The position numbers and the translations under genes are program-made. From NCBI RefSeq assembly GCF_001194135.2, contig NC_068987.1, positions 54,977,268 to 55,041,267 on the forward strand: 64,000 nt of DNA, written 5' to 3'. The DNA is from Octopus bimaculoides (lineage: Eukaryota). Below the pieces are notes generated by a model. The model was not told the DNA's origin and did not search any database. It saw only the letters and a list, made by a program, of their open reading frames with translations. Each line of letters begins with the position of its first letter. Position 1 is the first letter of the stretch. Positions 35,112-47,404 of the stretch are shown here, piece after piece.

Positions 35112-35800
35112 GTGGCGATGAGCTGGCAAAATCGTTAGCTCACTAGGTAAAATGCTTAGTGGCATTTCATCCATCTTTACATTTTGAGTTCAGATTCTGC
35201 TGAAGTCTCAACTTTGCCTTTCATCCTTTCAGGGTTGGTGAAATAAATGGCAGTTGAGCACTGGGGTCAATGTAATCAATCTACCTGCCTCCTTGAAACT
35301 TGCTGGCTTTGTGCCAAAAATTTGAAACTGTTATTATTGTTATTTTGGTGGTGAGGGTGGTGGTGGTTGTTGTTGTTAATCCAGCAAGTTGGCAGAACCG
35401 TTAGCATGCAGAACAAAATGCTTAGCAGCATTTCGTTTGTCTTTACATTCTGAGTTCAAATTCCGCTGAGGTTGACTTTGCTTTTCATCCTTTCGGGAAT
35501 CGATGAACTAATCACTTGAGGACAATGTAATTGACTAACCCTCTTCCCCAAAATTTCAGCCCTTGTGTCTTGTAGAAATGGGTATTATTGAAGCTGCTAG
35601 CTGGAATAACCATTTGTGCATTGCACAAAATGCTAAGCATTTCATCCAACTCTTTATGTTCTAAGTTAAATTACTGATGAAGCTAGGTTTGCTTTTCATC
35701 CTTTCAGAGTTCATAAAATTGTACCAGTTGAACACTGGAGTTGATGTGATTGGCTTGCTCCTTCCCCTCGAAATTGCTGACCTTGTGCCAACATTAGACA
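35111..35800 (+). mobile_element. Head-to-tail train of three family E SINEs
   Basis: Units at ~35111, 35379 and 35590, separated by (ATT)/(GTT)-rich tails. Confidence 0.75.
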
Positions 35801-36099
35801 TAATTATCATTATTAAAGTGAGTAGCAAATACTAAAATGGAATGTCCTTGATATAAAAGAAACAGACTAAAATGTTTCAAGATGTATCCAATAAGCAACT
35901 GGAATAGCCTCCAGAAATTAAGTGAAACGTTGTTGAAATACATCACAGAGGCTTCACAGTGGATGTAACCTGAAAGCATAGAAAAATCTTAACCAGGGTC
36001 CCGATTAGGCATCACCCAGAGAAATTATTGTTGTTCCTCTGTTGAATTCTTATTACATAGACCTATGATCAAAAACATTTTGACTGTGGCTATGCATTC

Positions 36100-36183
36100 T
36101 TTTATTCATTGACTTATTTCAGTCATTTGACTGTGGTCATGCTGGAGCACCACCTTAAAGGGTTTTAATTGAANNNNNNNNNN

Positions 36184-36216
<33 letters not shown>

Positions 36217-36745
36217 GGGGGGCTTCTTTCAGTTTCTGTCTACCAAATCCAATCACAAGGCTTTGGTTTGCCCAAGGTTCTAGTAGAAGATACTTGTCCA
36301 AGGTGCCACACAGTAGGACTGAACATGGAACTATGTGGTTGGGAAGCATTCTTTTATCGTTTTTACTTGTTTCAGTCAATGGACTGCAGCCATGCTGGGG
36401 CACAAATTGAAGGGTTTAGTTGAACAAATCAGCCTTGGTACTTTTTTTTGTTTTTGTTTTTTGAGTTTGCAATTCATGTGAAAGACCAATAGAATATGTA
36501 TTTAAGTTATGGGAATGTAAACAAATCAACACGAGTCATTAAGTGGTGGTGGGGAACATACACATATACATGCACACACAACAAGCTTCCACATAGTTTC
36601 CATCCACCAAATTTACTTGTAAGTTATTGGTTAACCTGGGGCTGGAGTAGAAGACATTTGCCCAAGGTGCTGCACAGTGGGACAGAACCCAAAATCTTGT
36701 GCTTACAAAGCAAACTTTTTCGCCACACAACCATGCTTGTACCTG
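36100..36745 (-). mobile_element. Two adjacent family D1 SINE copies
   Basis: The gtcatttgactg tail motif and gccacacagtaggactgaac head motif each occur twice. Confidence 0.7.
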
Positions 36746-36754
36746 TATGTATTT

Positions 36755-36786
<32 letters not shown>

Positions 36787-37244
36787 NNNNNNNNNNNNNN
36801 NNNNNNNNNNNNNNNNNNNNNNNNNNNNNNNNNNNNNNNNNNNNNNNNNNNNNNNNNNNNNNNNNNNNNNNNNNNNNNNNNNNNNNNNNNNNNNNNNNNN
36901 NNNNNNNNNNNNNNNNNNNNNNNNNNNNNNNNNNNNNNNNNNNNNNNNNNNNNNNNNNNNNNNNNNNNNNNNNNNNNNNNNNNNNNNNNNNNNNNNNNNN
37001 NNNNNNNCTCTCTCTCTCACTTTATCTCCGAGCATGCAAAATTTTAGAAATTCTTCTCATAATCAGCAAAGAAAAGAAATATATTTTATAGAAAATGAAT
37101 CCTGCTGTGTTACCATATATCAAAACTGAATATGAACTCAGTTTTTGATGAACCAAACCCTCAATCAATCCAATATTGATTTTCAATATTAGGCCTTGTA
37201 TACAAATTGAGGTGGGGGGAGGGGGTGAATTAAAAAATAATGCC

Positions 37245-37295
37245 CACATTACTACTACTACTACCAACGCCACTACTACTACTACCACTACTACC

Positions 37296-37332
<37 letters not shown>
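37245..37332. repeat. (ACT)n/(ACC)n trinucleotide microsatellite
   Basis: Directly visible; gives poly-T and poly-V ORFs. Confidence 0.95.
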
Positions 37333-38199
37333 AGTTCTACTTAATATTTTTTTGTCAGTCTGTATCAAATATATTTTGTTATTCTAGTATAATGTTAGAT
37401 ATAAAACTATTGATACTTTCTAATACAAAGTAACCTGTGGGTATATGTCAAATACATTATAGAATTTCTCCACTTGGCTTATTCAGATAGCAATGTGTTT
37501 GCTGGCTTGCTATTTTTTTTTTTTTTTTTTGGTGTTTGTCTTTCGTTTTTCGTTCACTTCTTTGGTTACATTTCTTTATTTCTTCTTTTACTGTATAAAA
37601 ACTTCCTCACTCCTTCCCTCCCTCCCTACCTAGCTTGTAATTTACATGTGGTTTGAAAGACAGCATTTATTTATTTTTTTTTTCTTGAAATATTTGTTAA
37701 TTTACTTTCTGTTGCATAGCAAAAGGAGCTACTACTACAGTGTTATCTCATTAAACCCTCCCTTCCTGTCTCGCCCCATCTCTCTCCCTTTCTCTCCCCC
37801 TCTCCCCTTCTGTCTGACTGGTTGTCTCTCCAATTTTTTCTAATTATTGTTCCTGCTGTTTGTGGGAAATAAGATCTTAAACTCTTTTTCAGACTGTTTC
37901 TTTCATATCAAGGATATTTCGTTTTAGTATTTCCCATCCACTTCAACAATAATAATAATTGTAGTCGTAGTAGTAATAGTAATAAATTTGACATAAACCT
38001 TCTTTAAGAATTTGAGTAGCTGGAATTATATACAAATATTTCCTGTTCATTCATTTTTCTTTTTTTTCTGGCAGAATTATTTTCTTTGCTTAAAAAAAAG
38101 CAAAAAGTCGGATTCAGCATTCACACACACGCAGTAATGATATCAATAAAATTTCCAAAGAAGGAATTATTATTTTACTCTCATATTTGTGGTCTTATG

Positions 38200-39605
38200 C
38201 TTGGGCTGGAGATTGCTAGAATCGTCTGAGTATCAGAAGAAATACTTTGTGGTATTTGTTCTGGTGCTTTACTTTCTTAGATCAAATCTTGCTAATTTTA
38301 AGGCGGCAATCTGGCAGAAATGTTAGCATGCCGAGCGAAATGCTTAGTGGTATTTCGTCTGTCTTTACATTCTGAGTTCAAATTCCACCAAGGTCAACTT
38401 TGCCTTTCATCCTTTCAGGGTCGATAAATTAAGTACCAGTTGCGTACTGGGCTTGATCTAATTGACTGGCTCCCTCCCCAAAAATTTTGGGCCTTTTATC
38501 TAGAGTAGAAAAGAATTCTTGCTAATTTTGCTTTTTATGCTTTCAGTCAATAAAATAAAACATCAACCAAGCACTGGAGTTAATGTAATTGACTAATCCA
38601 CACTAGTCAAATATTGCCGGCATTGTGCCTGAATTAAAAACTGCAAGACTTCTGGCAGTTTGCTGTGCTTGGGAAGACATGCCAAGCTTAGTAAAATCAT
38701 GGCTATTCTTGCATAGAGGCATGTCCCCTGCATCCCTCTTTGACTGAGCAATCTTATTCTTGCGGTCTCGTAGGTGCTGGTGCCATGTAAAAGCAGCCAT
38801 GCCAATGCTGTAATGTGGTTAGTGTTAGGAAGAACATCCAGCTGTAGAAACCATGCCAAAACAGACATGGAGCTGGCCATCTCCTGTCAAACCATCCAAC
38901 CCATGCCAGCATGGAGAACATACGTTGATGATGATGAAGGTGAGCTGGCAGAATCATTAGTACATTACACAAAATGCTTAGCAGCATTTCTTTTGGGTTT
39001 ACATTCCGAGTTCAAATTCTGCTAGCGTTGACTTTGCCTTTCATCCTTTCAGAGTTGATAATATAAGTAGCGATTGAGCACTGGGACTGATGTAATTGAC
39101 TGGCCCTTTTCCCCAAAATTTCAGGCCTTGTGCCTGTAGTCAAAAGGATTATTATCAAGGTGGTGAGCTGGCAGAATCATATTTTGGTCAAAATGCCTAG
39201 CAGCATTGCTTTTAGCTTTATGTTCTGAGTTCAAATGTTGCCAAGGTTGATGTTGCTTTTCATCCTTTCAGGGTTGATAAAGAAGTACCAACTGAGCACT
39301 GGGGTTGATGTAATCAAGCTTAACTCCTAATTCGAAATTTCAGGCCTTGTGCTTGTATTAGAAAGAAAAAATTATTATAACAGTGGTAAGCTGGCAGAAT
39401 CATTAGTGCATTGGCCAAGATTCTTAGCAGCATTTCTTCCAGCTCTTTACATTCTGAGTTCAAATTCTGCTAAGGTCAACTTCACATTCCCCTATTTGTC
39501 TTTCTGGGTTTTATTAAGATTAAAAAAAAAAAAGCAGTTAATTGCTGGGGGTCAGTGTAATTGACTTGCTCCACCCACTAAAATTGCTTGTCTGGTACTA
39601 AAATT
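38200..39605 (+). mobile_element. Cluster of about six same-orientation family E SINEs (youngest 38300-38518) with one family C element (38740-38935)
   Basis: Recurrent gagctggcagaatc heads at ~38300, 38938, 39158 and 39380. Confidence 0.75.
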
Positions 39606-39829
39606 AGAAAGTTTAATATTATTATTTATTACAACTTTTAACTATTTTCTATAAGTTTCAAGTTGTGCTGTGAGTTGTTGCCAACCCCTAACCAAGCAGA
39701 TCTATGATAGGGTTCCAGCTGAAATCATCTCATTAAGTGTATCTTTTTCTTTTTAATTGTATAACACCTGTGTGTGATTTGAGGACATTTGACTGCTATT
39801 TCTAACAAGTTGCACTAGTAGTTTCAAGA

Positions 39830-40195
39830 TTTATCTTTTACTTGTTTGTCATTAGACTGTGGGCAACATCTTGGGACAACACTTTGAAGAATTTTTAGTT
39901 GGATGTATCGACCCCAGTACTCATTTTTGTAAAGCCTGGTGTTTATTCTATTGATCTCTTGCTGAACCACTAAGTTATGGGAACATAAACACACCAGCAC
40001 TGGTTGTCAAGTGGTGGAGGAGGAACACACACACACACACTACAATGGGCTTTTTTCAGTTTCCATCTACCAAATCCACTTGCAAGGCTTTGGTTGGCCT
40101 AAGGCTATAGTAGATGATACTTACCCAAGGTGCCATGCAGTGGGACTGACCCAAGAACCATGTGGTTGGGAAGGAGGCCTCTTACCACATAACCA
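39830..40195 (-). mobile_element. SINE family D1
   Basis: Aligns to 14260-14634. Confidence 0.75.
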
Positions 40196-40229
40196 CAATA
40201 GATATAACATCCATTGTATATCTTGGAAG

Positions 40230-40335
40230 GTGAAGTCTATGAAGGCCAGCTGGTGTCTTACAGAAACTATGCTGATTACAGAATTAGGATTAAAACTTAT
40301 AAATCTTCAGTGAAGCCAATAAGGGAGCCTTATGG
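40230..40335 (+). CDS. Weak candidate exon, GEVYEGQLVSYRNYADYRIRIKTYKSSVKPIREPYG
   Basis: Open frame in unique sequence with donor GG|gtaact; the acceptor (tcttggaag) is weak. Confidence 0.18.
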
Positions 40336-41099
40336 GTAACTGCAGCCTGCAAGACTTTCTGAGTGGCATACCTAATAAAAAAATTACCTTAAATTGTTTT
40401 AGTATTGCAGCCTGCACAATTGATGAGTCATGTCTCCTGCAGTCTACTTCTCGAGAAAGGTTGCCTATGTTTGCTCTTTGCCATTACTTGACTTGCTAGA
40501 AATAGCTGTGAAATCTCGCATCTTACTCTCATACAAAAAGAGACATTGGATGTTATTCCAGAGAAATCATTGCTTCATGACTGCACCTTTCATCATGTCT
40601 GGTTTAGCCCTAGATTCAGTCTTCACTGAGCAATCTCAATCAGTCTTCAATCCTATATTTTAACAATACAGCTAATTAGCTTTATCTAAATAATGGAGTA
40701 ATTGATTAATTACTCTATGATTATCTCTTCAGCTTTTCAATTAGGAAATTTTTTTACCTTTTTTTTTTTTTTTCTCGTGTGTGTGTTCTTTTTTTTTGTT
40801 TGCATAGTTTTATAATTCTGTTGTCATCCAAGCTTTATTTGATATGAATTTTGTTTATGAATACTCCACTTACATTATATATTCCTCAGTTATGTCAATT
40901 TTAAACTAGTGGTATGAAAATTCAGGTTGTTGACATAATGATTTTAGTTCATATCAGCTGTTTGTCAGTTTACAAACAAACAAAAAATATTGTTGGATAG
41001 TGCCAGAATGTTCTGCTGAAATAGACAACTGGCTGCAACAAAGCTGTACAAAATATTTGATTGGAATTTCTTAGTGTCACCATTCTTGTTTTGTTTTAG

Positions 41100-41172
41100 G
41101 TTTACTGCTCTAAGATTTGGGACTTAAAATAAATGGCCTCTACTAAAAATATTGAAAAGGAGTTTGATTTCT
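41100..41172 (+). CDS. Candidate start-codon exon: 33-nt UTR then MASTKNIEKEFDF (ATG at 41133), phase-1 donor
   Basis: Strong acceptor ttcttgttttgttttag and strong donor T|gtaagg; all frames are closed upstream of the ATG. Identity unknown. Confidence 0.3.
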
Positions 41173-41863
41173 GTAAGGAAATTTGGCCACCAAATTATGT
41201 GGTTGATAAAGTAGAAGTTGACTTTTATCTTTTACTTGTTTCAATCATTGGACTGCAGCCAGATAGTTTGTATCATGGAATCAGGTGCAGTGTGTTGATA
41301 GCAAGAGTTAAACTGATTTAGTGATTGCATTGGAACAAAGCAACAGGTTCGCTATTGTAGATATACAGATATGTGTCTATGTCATCTAACAATTATAGAT
41401 TTGTAAAGCATGTGATTTCAAATGCTTAGAGAGAACTTGGGAGATATTTTGGCTACTACTTTGAGCAAATTGAGTGATTGCATATAAATTCTTCCATTGT
41501 TAACAATTAAGTGACTGATTAGGTTTTAGGTTCAGTAATGGTGAGTTCATATAGAGTCAAGGTTCAATAATTGCTTCTTTTGCTGAGGAATGACATGGAC
41601 TCCTACAACTTGGTAAAAATTCAAAAACATAATATCTACTTTGTGTTTTTTTTTTTTTTTCTTAATTGATCTATATTTATCCACAAAAGGCATGGCTAAG
41701 TGCTGGATTAGCTGTGATCTTAAGAAATTCACTTCCCAAGCATATGGGTTTGGGTTCAGCCCTATTGATAGGCAAGTTTCTTCTGTTATAACCCTGGGCC
41801 AACCAAAGCCTTGTGAGTGGATATGGTAGATGGAAATGAAAAGAACCCATCAGTCAGGCAGAC

Positions 41864-43450
41864 ATGGCATCGACCATGTTCGGATGGTGCTTTTTACGTG
41901 CCACCAGCACAGGAGCCAGTCAGGGGGCAGTGGCCACAGCTACAATATTGGTTTTACTTGACTCAATAGGTCTTCTCAAGCATGTCATATTGCCTGACAC
42001 ATCAAGGGTATTCTTATCAGGGCCAGACATACGTGGCTGCGATCTCACTGTAGTTGCCAGGTCTTCTCAATCACAGCATATCTCCAAAGGTCCTGGTCTC
42101 CTGTCATTGCCTCTGTGAGGCCCAATGTTTGAAGGTCATGCTTCACCACATCATCCCATGTCTTCCTGGGTCTACCTCTTCCACATGCTACTTCTACAGT
42201 TAGGGAGTGACACTTCATCACACATCTGTCTTCATTCATACGTAACACATGACCATACCAGCATAGAGGCCTCTCTTGCATGCCGCATTTGATGCTTCTT
42301 ATGCCCAGCTTTTCTGTCAGGGTACTTACACTCTGTCATGTATGCACACTGACATTTCACATCCAGTGGATCATACTAGCTTCATTTCTTTCAAACCTAC
42401 GCATGTCCTCAGCATTCATGGCCCATGTTTCACTGCCGTGTAGCATGGCAGTTCACACACATGCCTCATACAGTCTACCTTTCACCCTGAGCAAGAGACC
42501 CTTAGTTGCCAGCAGAGGTTGGAGCTCCCTGAACTTTGCCCAGGTTATTCTTACTCTAGTTGCTACACTGTCAGAGCAACCACCCCCACTACAGACTTGG
42601 TCACCTAGGTAGCAGAACCCACTAACTACTACTAATTTCTCCTCCTGGCATGTGATGGAATCTGTTTTCTGTACATCTTCAGTGTTTATTGCCCCAGTGC
42701 ATCTGCCACACACAAAGACTATTTCCCAGTTAACCTTCCTTTGATACTGCAGCACCTTTTATGTGTCCATAGCTTACACTGGGTACACCGTATGGAGTTT
42801 CTACCCATACATTTTCTACAGATTGAGCAAGGCCATCTACCTGAAGGGGGTTGTGATTTGACAGCCTTCCTACTTGCTAAGACTTTGGTTTTAGCTAGGT
42901 TAACCCTAAGGCCCTTCAATTCTAGACCTTGCTTCCACACCCTAAACTTTGTCTCCAGTTCTGGCAGTGACTCTGCTATTAGAGCAAGGTCATCAGCATA
43001 GAGGAGCTCCCAGGGGCAGCCTGTCTTGAATTCCTCTGTTATTGCCTGGAGGACTATAATGAATAAGAGGGGGTAGAGGACTGATCCTTGGTGAACCCCT
43101 ACTTGGAATTCTTCACTATACTAGTTGCTAACCCTCACCTTACTGACACCATCCCTGTACAGGGCTTGTACAGCTCTTATCAGCCACTCGTCTGTCCCCA
43201 GTTTCCACATTGATCACCAGATAAGGGNNNNNNNNNNTTGTACAGCTCCTATCAGCCACTCGTCTGTCCCCAGTTTCCACATTGATCACCAGATAAGGGA
43301 TTGGGGGACCCTGTCAAAGGCTTTCTCCAAGTCAACAAAACCAAGTACAGAGGTTTATCTTTGACTAGGTATTTCTCCTGAAGTTGCCTTGCCAGAAATA
43401 TAGCATCAGTGGTGCTTCTGCCTGGCACAAAACCAAACTGCATATTTCCA
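41864..43450 (-). mobile_element. RTE-clade non-LTR retrotransposon, 5'-truncated and frameshifted (RT, Cys-rich insert, C-terminus, 3'UTR)
   Basis: QFGFVPGRSTTDAIF, VGVHQGSVL, WELLYADDLALIAE (~42975-43020), GLRVNLAKTKV, YLGDQV, WYGHVLRM, GRGRPRKTW. Confidence 0.95.
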
Positions 43451-44027
43451 GTATTTTATGAAACCATGTCTGGCATTGGAAGTAGATAAGGGTTGGTGAC
43501 AGGAAGAGCATCTGATTGTAGAAAATCTGGTCTGTTAGTGGACATAAAGTAAAGTTGATGATGAAAGTATGATAGTTGTTTAAGTTTGATCTCTGAAAAG
43601 TGTCCTACTTTGCAATAGCTGTAATGGAGTTTGAGTTCTGCACTGCAACTCCTCGAAATGTCCTCCTTGAATATGCACTAAGAACACTGCTTATAGTGGT
43701 GAACTCGTGCTACCATTTCTGGTACCTTTTGTTTTGGTGAATGGGGCTAATAAAGAAGGATAGATACTGTTCAATGTTGATGATGGGATAAAGAAGAATA
43801 CTACACATTTGACCAATGAGTTAACACCTTCTCACTCTGGCAAGTTTACAAATCTATATTTAATCAATAACTTTGATACTGTTGTTTAGCCTAAGGTTAG
43901 CATTATTTGAGCAAACCTATATCTGATTGGAAATTTTTCTAACCATGACAAACATTTTTTTTTTTTGTAGTATTTAAAAAAAAAAGATTTTTTAGCCTCA
44001 GGTTATCTAGGATTATCCTTTTTAAGT

Positions 44028-44062
<35 letters not shown>

Positions 44063-45648
44063 TCTTTTTGCTATTTCTTAATACTTTTATTGTGGAAATC
44101 AGAAATATTCAATCAAAATATCAGTTTTATATTTTCTATCTTTTGTTGGAGAATGTTATCTTTGAAACTATTTTCTGTCATGATATGTCAAGTTTATTGA
44201 GGCAACATAACTTGCAGAAAATACCAATTCTATTTTCTGGTGGATATTTAACATAATTACTGAAACAACCATGAACTCAAGTTTTGCCTAGCATCTCTCA
44301 TTTATCATGTATATTTTGCATAGAATTTCGCAATTCTATTTAGGCAATGTGGACAGTGTTCTAGTTAGAATATGAAATGCTCTTCTTTCAAGCATAGTTC
44401 TTGTTGGTGAAATTTTGTTTGTACCACCCACACACCAAAATGAATAAATAAATAGATAACATGAGATGAATCAGACATAGACAAAATAGAGATGATTTGA
44501 TTTACTTATTCATAATTGTCAGTTTTCAATTAATTTACTAAATAGAAAAAGCCAAATAAACAAACAAAAAATATTTGAAACAATTCATTTTCTATTATCG
44601 TTAGTCACAACTGTTTAAATTCAAAAGTTTACAATTTAGAAATATTGCTTATTTACACAAACACATACACATTCATGCATACACACACAACACATTCATG
44701 CATACACACACACATTCATACATACACACACACACACATTCATGCATGCACCACACATTCAGAATACTCACGTACACATTTGCACTCACTCACAAATTCA
44801 TAAATTCACACACACACACTCACAAATTCACACACACACACACACCTTACTGTCTGTTAACAATTATTCCCTTGCAAACATAATGTAATTAATAACTTAG
44901 CCAAAAGACTTTGTCTTTGTAATGTTTTTCTTATTGTTCTGTATTTTGGTACTTTTTTGGTGTTCATTTTTTTATTTACAATAATAATTACAATTTTGTG
45001 TAATTAAAAATAGATTCTTTTGAATTCTTAAATCACTTGTTTCAGAAATTTTCCAGTAATTAATATAACGACCCAATTTAAAAAAAAAAATTAGTTATGG
45101 GTGTTGTGGAAGAATTTTGTGAAATGAATCTATAATGTGGATTTAGTTCATGGCTATCATAGACACTGTAGTTATTTTTTTACTTACTTATTTGAGAAGT
45201 ATAACAATTTCTCACAATATCTTAAATATCTTAGATTTAGACTTTGAGAAATTGTAGATATACCTTTTTAAATACTACTTTCTTTTACTATATGCGTGTG
45301 TGTGAGACAAGGCAGAAATAATGGTCATTATATATTCCTTTATTGTAGTAAATTTGATTTACAGCTGTTTCCTGTAGCCATTGTAGGTTCATTATTGATA
45401 GGTTCACTCAATCAGCCTGTTTACTTATACAGGTACAGGGTGGTTGTGTTGTTGAGAAGCTTCCCAACCATGTAGCTTTGGGTTCAGTCCTTGAGTAAGC
45501 ACCAAGATAACCTTGTGAGAGGATTTGATAGACAAATACTGAAAGATGCCTGTCATGTGTGCATGTGTGTGCTTGTATACACATTCAGTATTGACTGCTG
45601 GTAAAAAGAGTACTCAATACTGCATTAGAGGTAAATATCTTTTGTTCG

Positions 45649-45716
45649 GTCAGTATCTTGCTACTCTGAGTTTCACTTATAGGTTCACAAGACTTTCAGG
45701 CAAGTTAGGGTGACTT
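45649..45716 (-). ncRNA. Second, inverted type I hammerhead motif with altered core (CTGAAAG)
   Basis: Minus strand CTTGC-CTGAAAG-tcttg..taagt-GAAA-CTC-A-GAG-TA-GCAAG; stem I covaries with the plus-strand copy. Confidence 0.5.
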
Positions 45717-45720
45717 ATGA

Positions 45721-45785
45721 GTCATCATTTGCCTGAAGACCCTGTATATTCCCACAAGTGAAACTCAGTAGCAAAAGACTGACTT
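45721..45785 (+). ncRNA. Type I hammerhead ribozyme motif with intact core; predicted cleavage after GUA (45770)
   Basis: TTTGC (45728-32)-CTGAAGA (45733-39)-stem II region-GAAA (45760-63)-CTCAG-TA-GCAAA (45771-75). Stem I extends via gtca/tgac. Weakness: C.U mismatch at the base of stem II. Confidence 0.6.
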
Positions 45786-46109
45786 GTCCAAAATTATGTA
45801 TGTGTTTGTGTGTGCTTTTGTCTTTACATTGTTTGATTGTTGTAAATGGCTAGCACCGTCATACTAACAATGTTGTTTGTTTCTAATTTCCTGTGAAAAA
45901 CCTGTCTGGCCAAAGTAAGTTTCAAAACAGGTGAAGGTTGGCAAGAGGAATGGTAAGCAGCCTTAGAAAAATCTACCTTAAATTCTTTCTGATACTTGGG
46001 ACAAGGGGATGAAATGTGATCTTCAGATTTTGACTTTCATGGAGGCAGTAACAGTGACACTTGACTGGGACTTCTGACAAATTGCTCTGCTTGAGAAGAT
46101 GCTTCAAGC

Positions 46110-46345
46110 GAAGTGAAATCGTGGTCTTGGCCTAGTGCCAGTGCTGTGTGAATAGCACCCATGTTGGTAATGCATAAAAGACATCCAGTATACTCTGTGG
46201 AGTGGTTGGCATTAGGAAGGGCATCCAGCCCTAGAAATCAAGCCAAAACTGACTGGAGCCTGGTGCAGCTCTCTGAATTACCATCTCTAGTCAAACTGTC
46301 TCACTCATGCCAGCATGGAAAATAGATGTTAATTGATGATAATGA
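46110..46345 (+). mobile_element. Family C (RTE 3'UTR-derived) retroposon
   Basis: ggaagggcatccagcc...catgccagcatggaaaatagatgtt followed by a (GAT)n tail. Confidence 0.7.
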
Positions 46346-47189
46346 TGATATATATACATACATAAAAAATCTTGCTTTCTCGGTTAATTTTTTTTCTTTA
46401 TGCTCCCTTTCATTTCTCTTGCCCTTATCTCTTTTCCTTTCTACTTGGAATGATCAAAAATCTGTAAAGGACAACGTTTTATAAATATTTCATTGATCAA
46501 AGGGTGAATTTGTAGTTTTCTGAGATGCTTTTATAGCATGAAAGTACAGGTAATTTGAAGAATTATGTTCTATTTTTTATTATGTTTGTATTGTTAACCC
46601 TTTCAAGATAAGCTTACTGAGAAACCTCCTACATAAAAGGAAAATAATTTTTTTTCTTTTTACAAAATACAAAATGAATAAATATGGGGAAAATATATGA
46701 ATGACAAAGGAAATTATATCTATTCATGAAAAGATCAACCCTTTTTTTTTTCTTTCTAGCACAAGAATGGCAGGCCTATAGATCGATACAGATGTCTTAT
46801 AAAGATAAAATATAATTTGAAAGGCTGGAAGATAGCNNNNNNNNNNNNNNNNNNNNNNNNNNNNNNNNNNNNNNNNNNNNNNNNNNNNNNNNNNNNNNNN
46901 NNNNNNNNNNNNNNNNNNNNNNNNNNNNNNNNNNNNNNNNNNNNNNNNNNNNNNNNNNNNNNNNNNNNNNNNNNNNNNNNNNNNNNNNNNNNNNNNNNNN
47001 NNNNNNNNNATATATATATATATATATATCCCTCTCTCTCTCTTTCGGAGAGAGGCACATATACATATATATATATATATATGTTTGTAGATCTGCACGT
47101 AGTCAAAGAATAAACCAAACTAATGTATACTGCTCTTTTATTTTAACAGGTTCTATTTAGTGAGACTGGTGCATTGAATTGTTTAATCC

Positions 47190-47404
47190 TGTGACATTCA
47201 GATTATTTTCTCAAATATAATACTTAATATATTCACATCATTTTGAATTAATCATGCATTATCTCATAGCTTTGAGATTTTGATGATGTGATTGTTAATT
47301 TTCAGAGTGATATTGTTGTAAGAGGCCAGATCTGGTTGTTTTGAACATAAAACAGGTCGGCTATTTAAGCTGAATGTGCTCAGTTTAAATGTTAAAGGGT
47401 TAAA
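47190..47404 (+). mobile_element. Family F TTAA MITE
   Basis: Ends aatgttaaagggttaa; aligns to 5092-5308. Confidence 0.7.

Larger units (their letters stand above)
45430..45990 (+). mobile_element. Family D2 SINE whose (TG)n region is interrupted by a ~210-bp insert
   Basis: Head ~45430-45560, tail ~45800-45990, insert ~45586-45793. Confidence 0.6.

Noticed and set aside
35880-35935. caac-tggaatag...aagtGAAACGTT-gttg as another hammerhead
   Set aside because: No CUGANGA core and no stem II pairing; only GAAAC and a short palindrome fit.
43165-43290. ~60-bp direct repeat inside the RTE
   Set aside because: The two copies sit either side of a 10-N gap; most likely overlapping contig ends.
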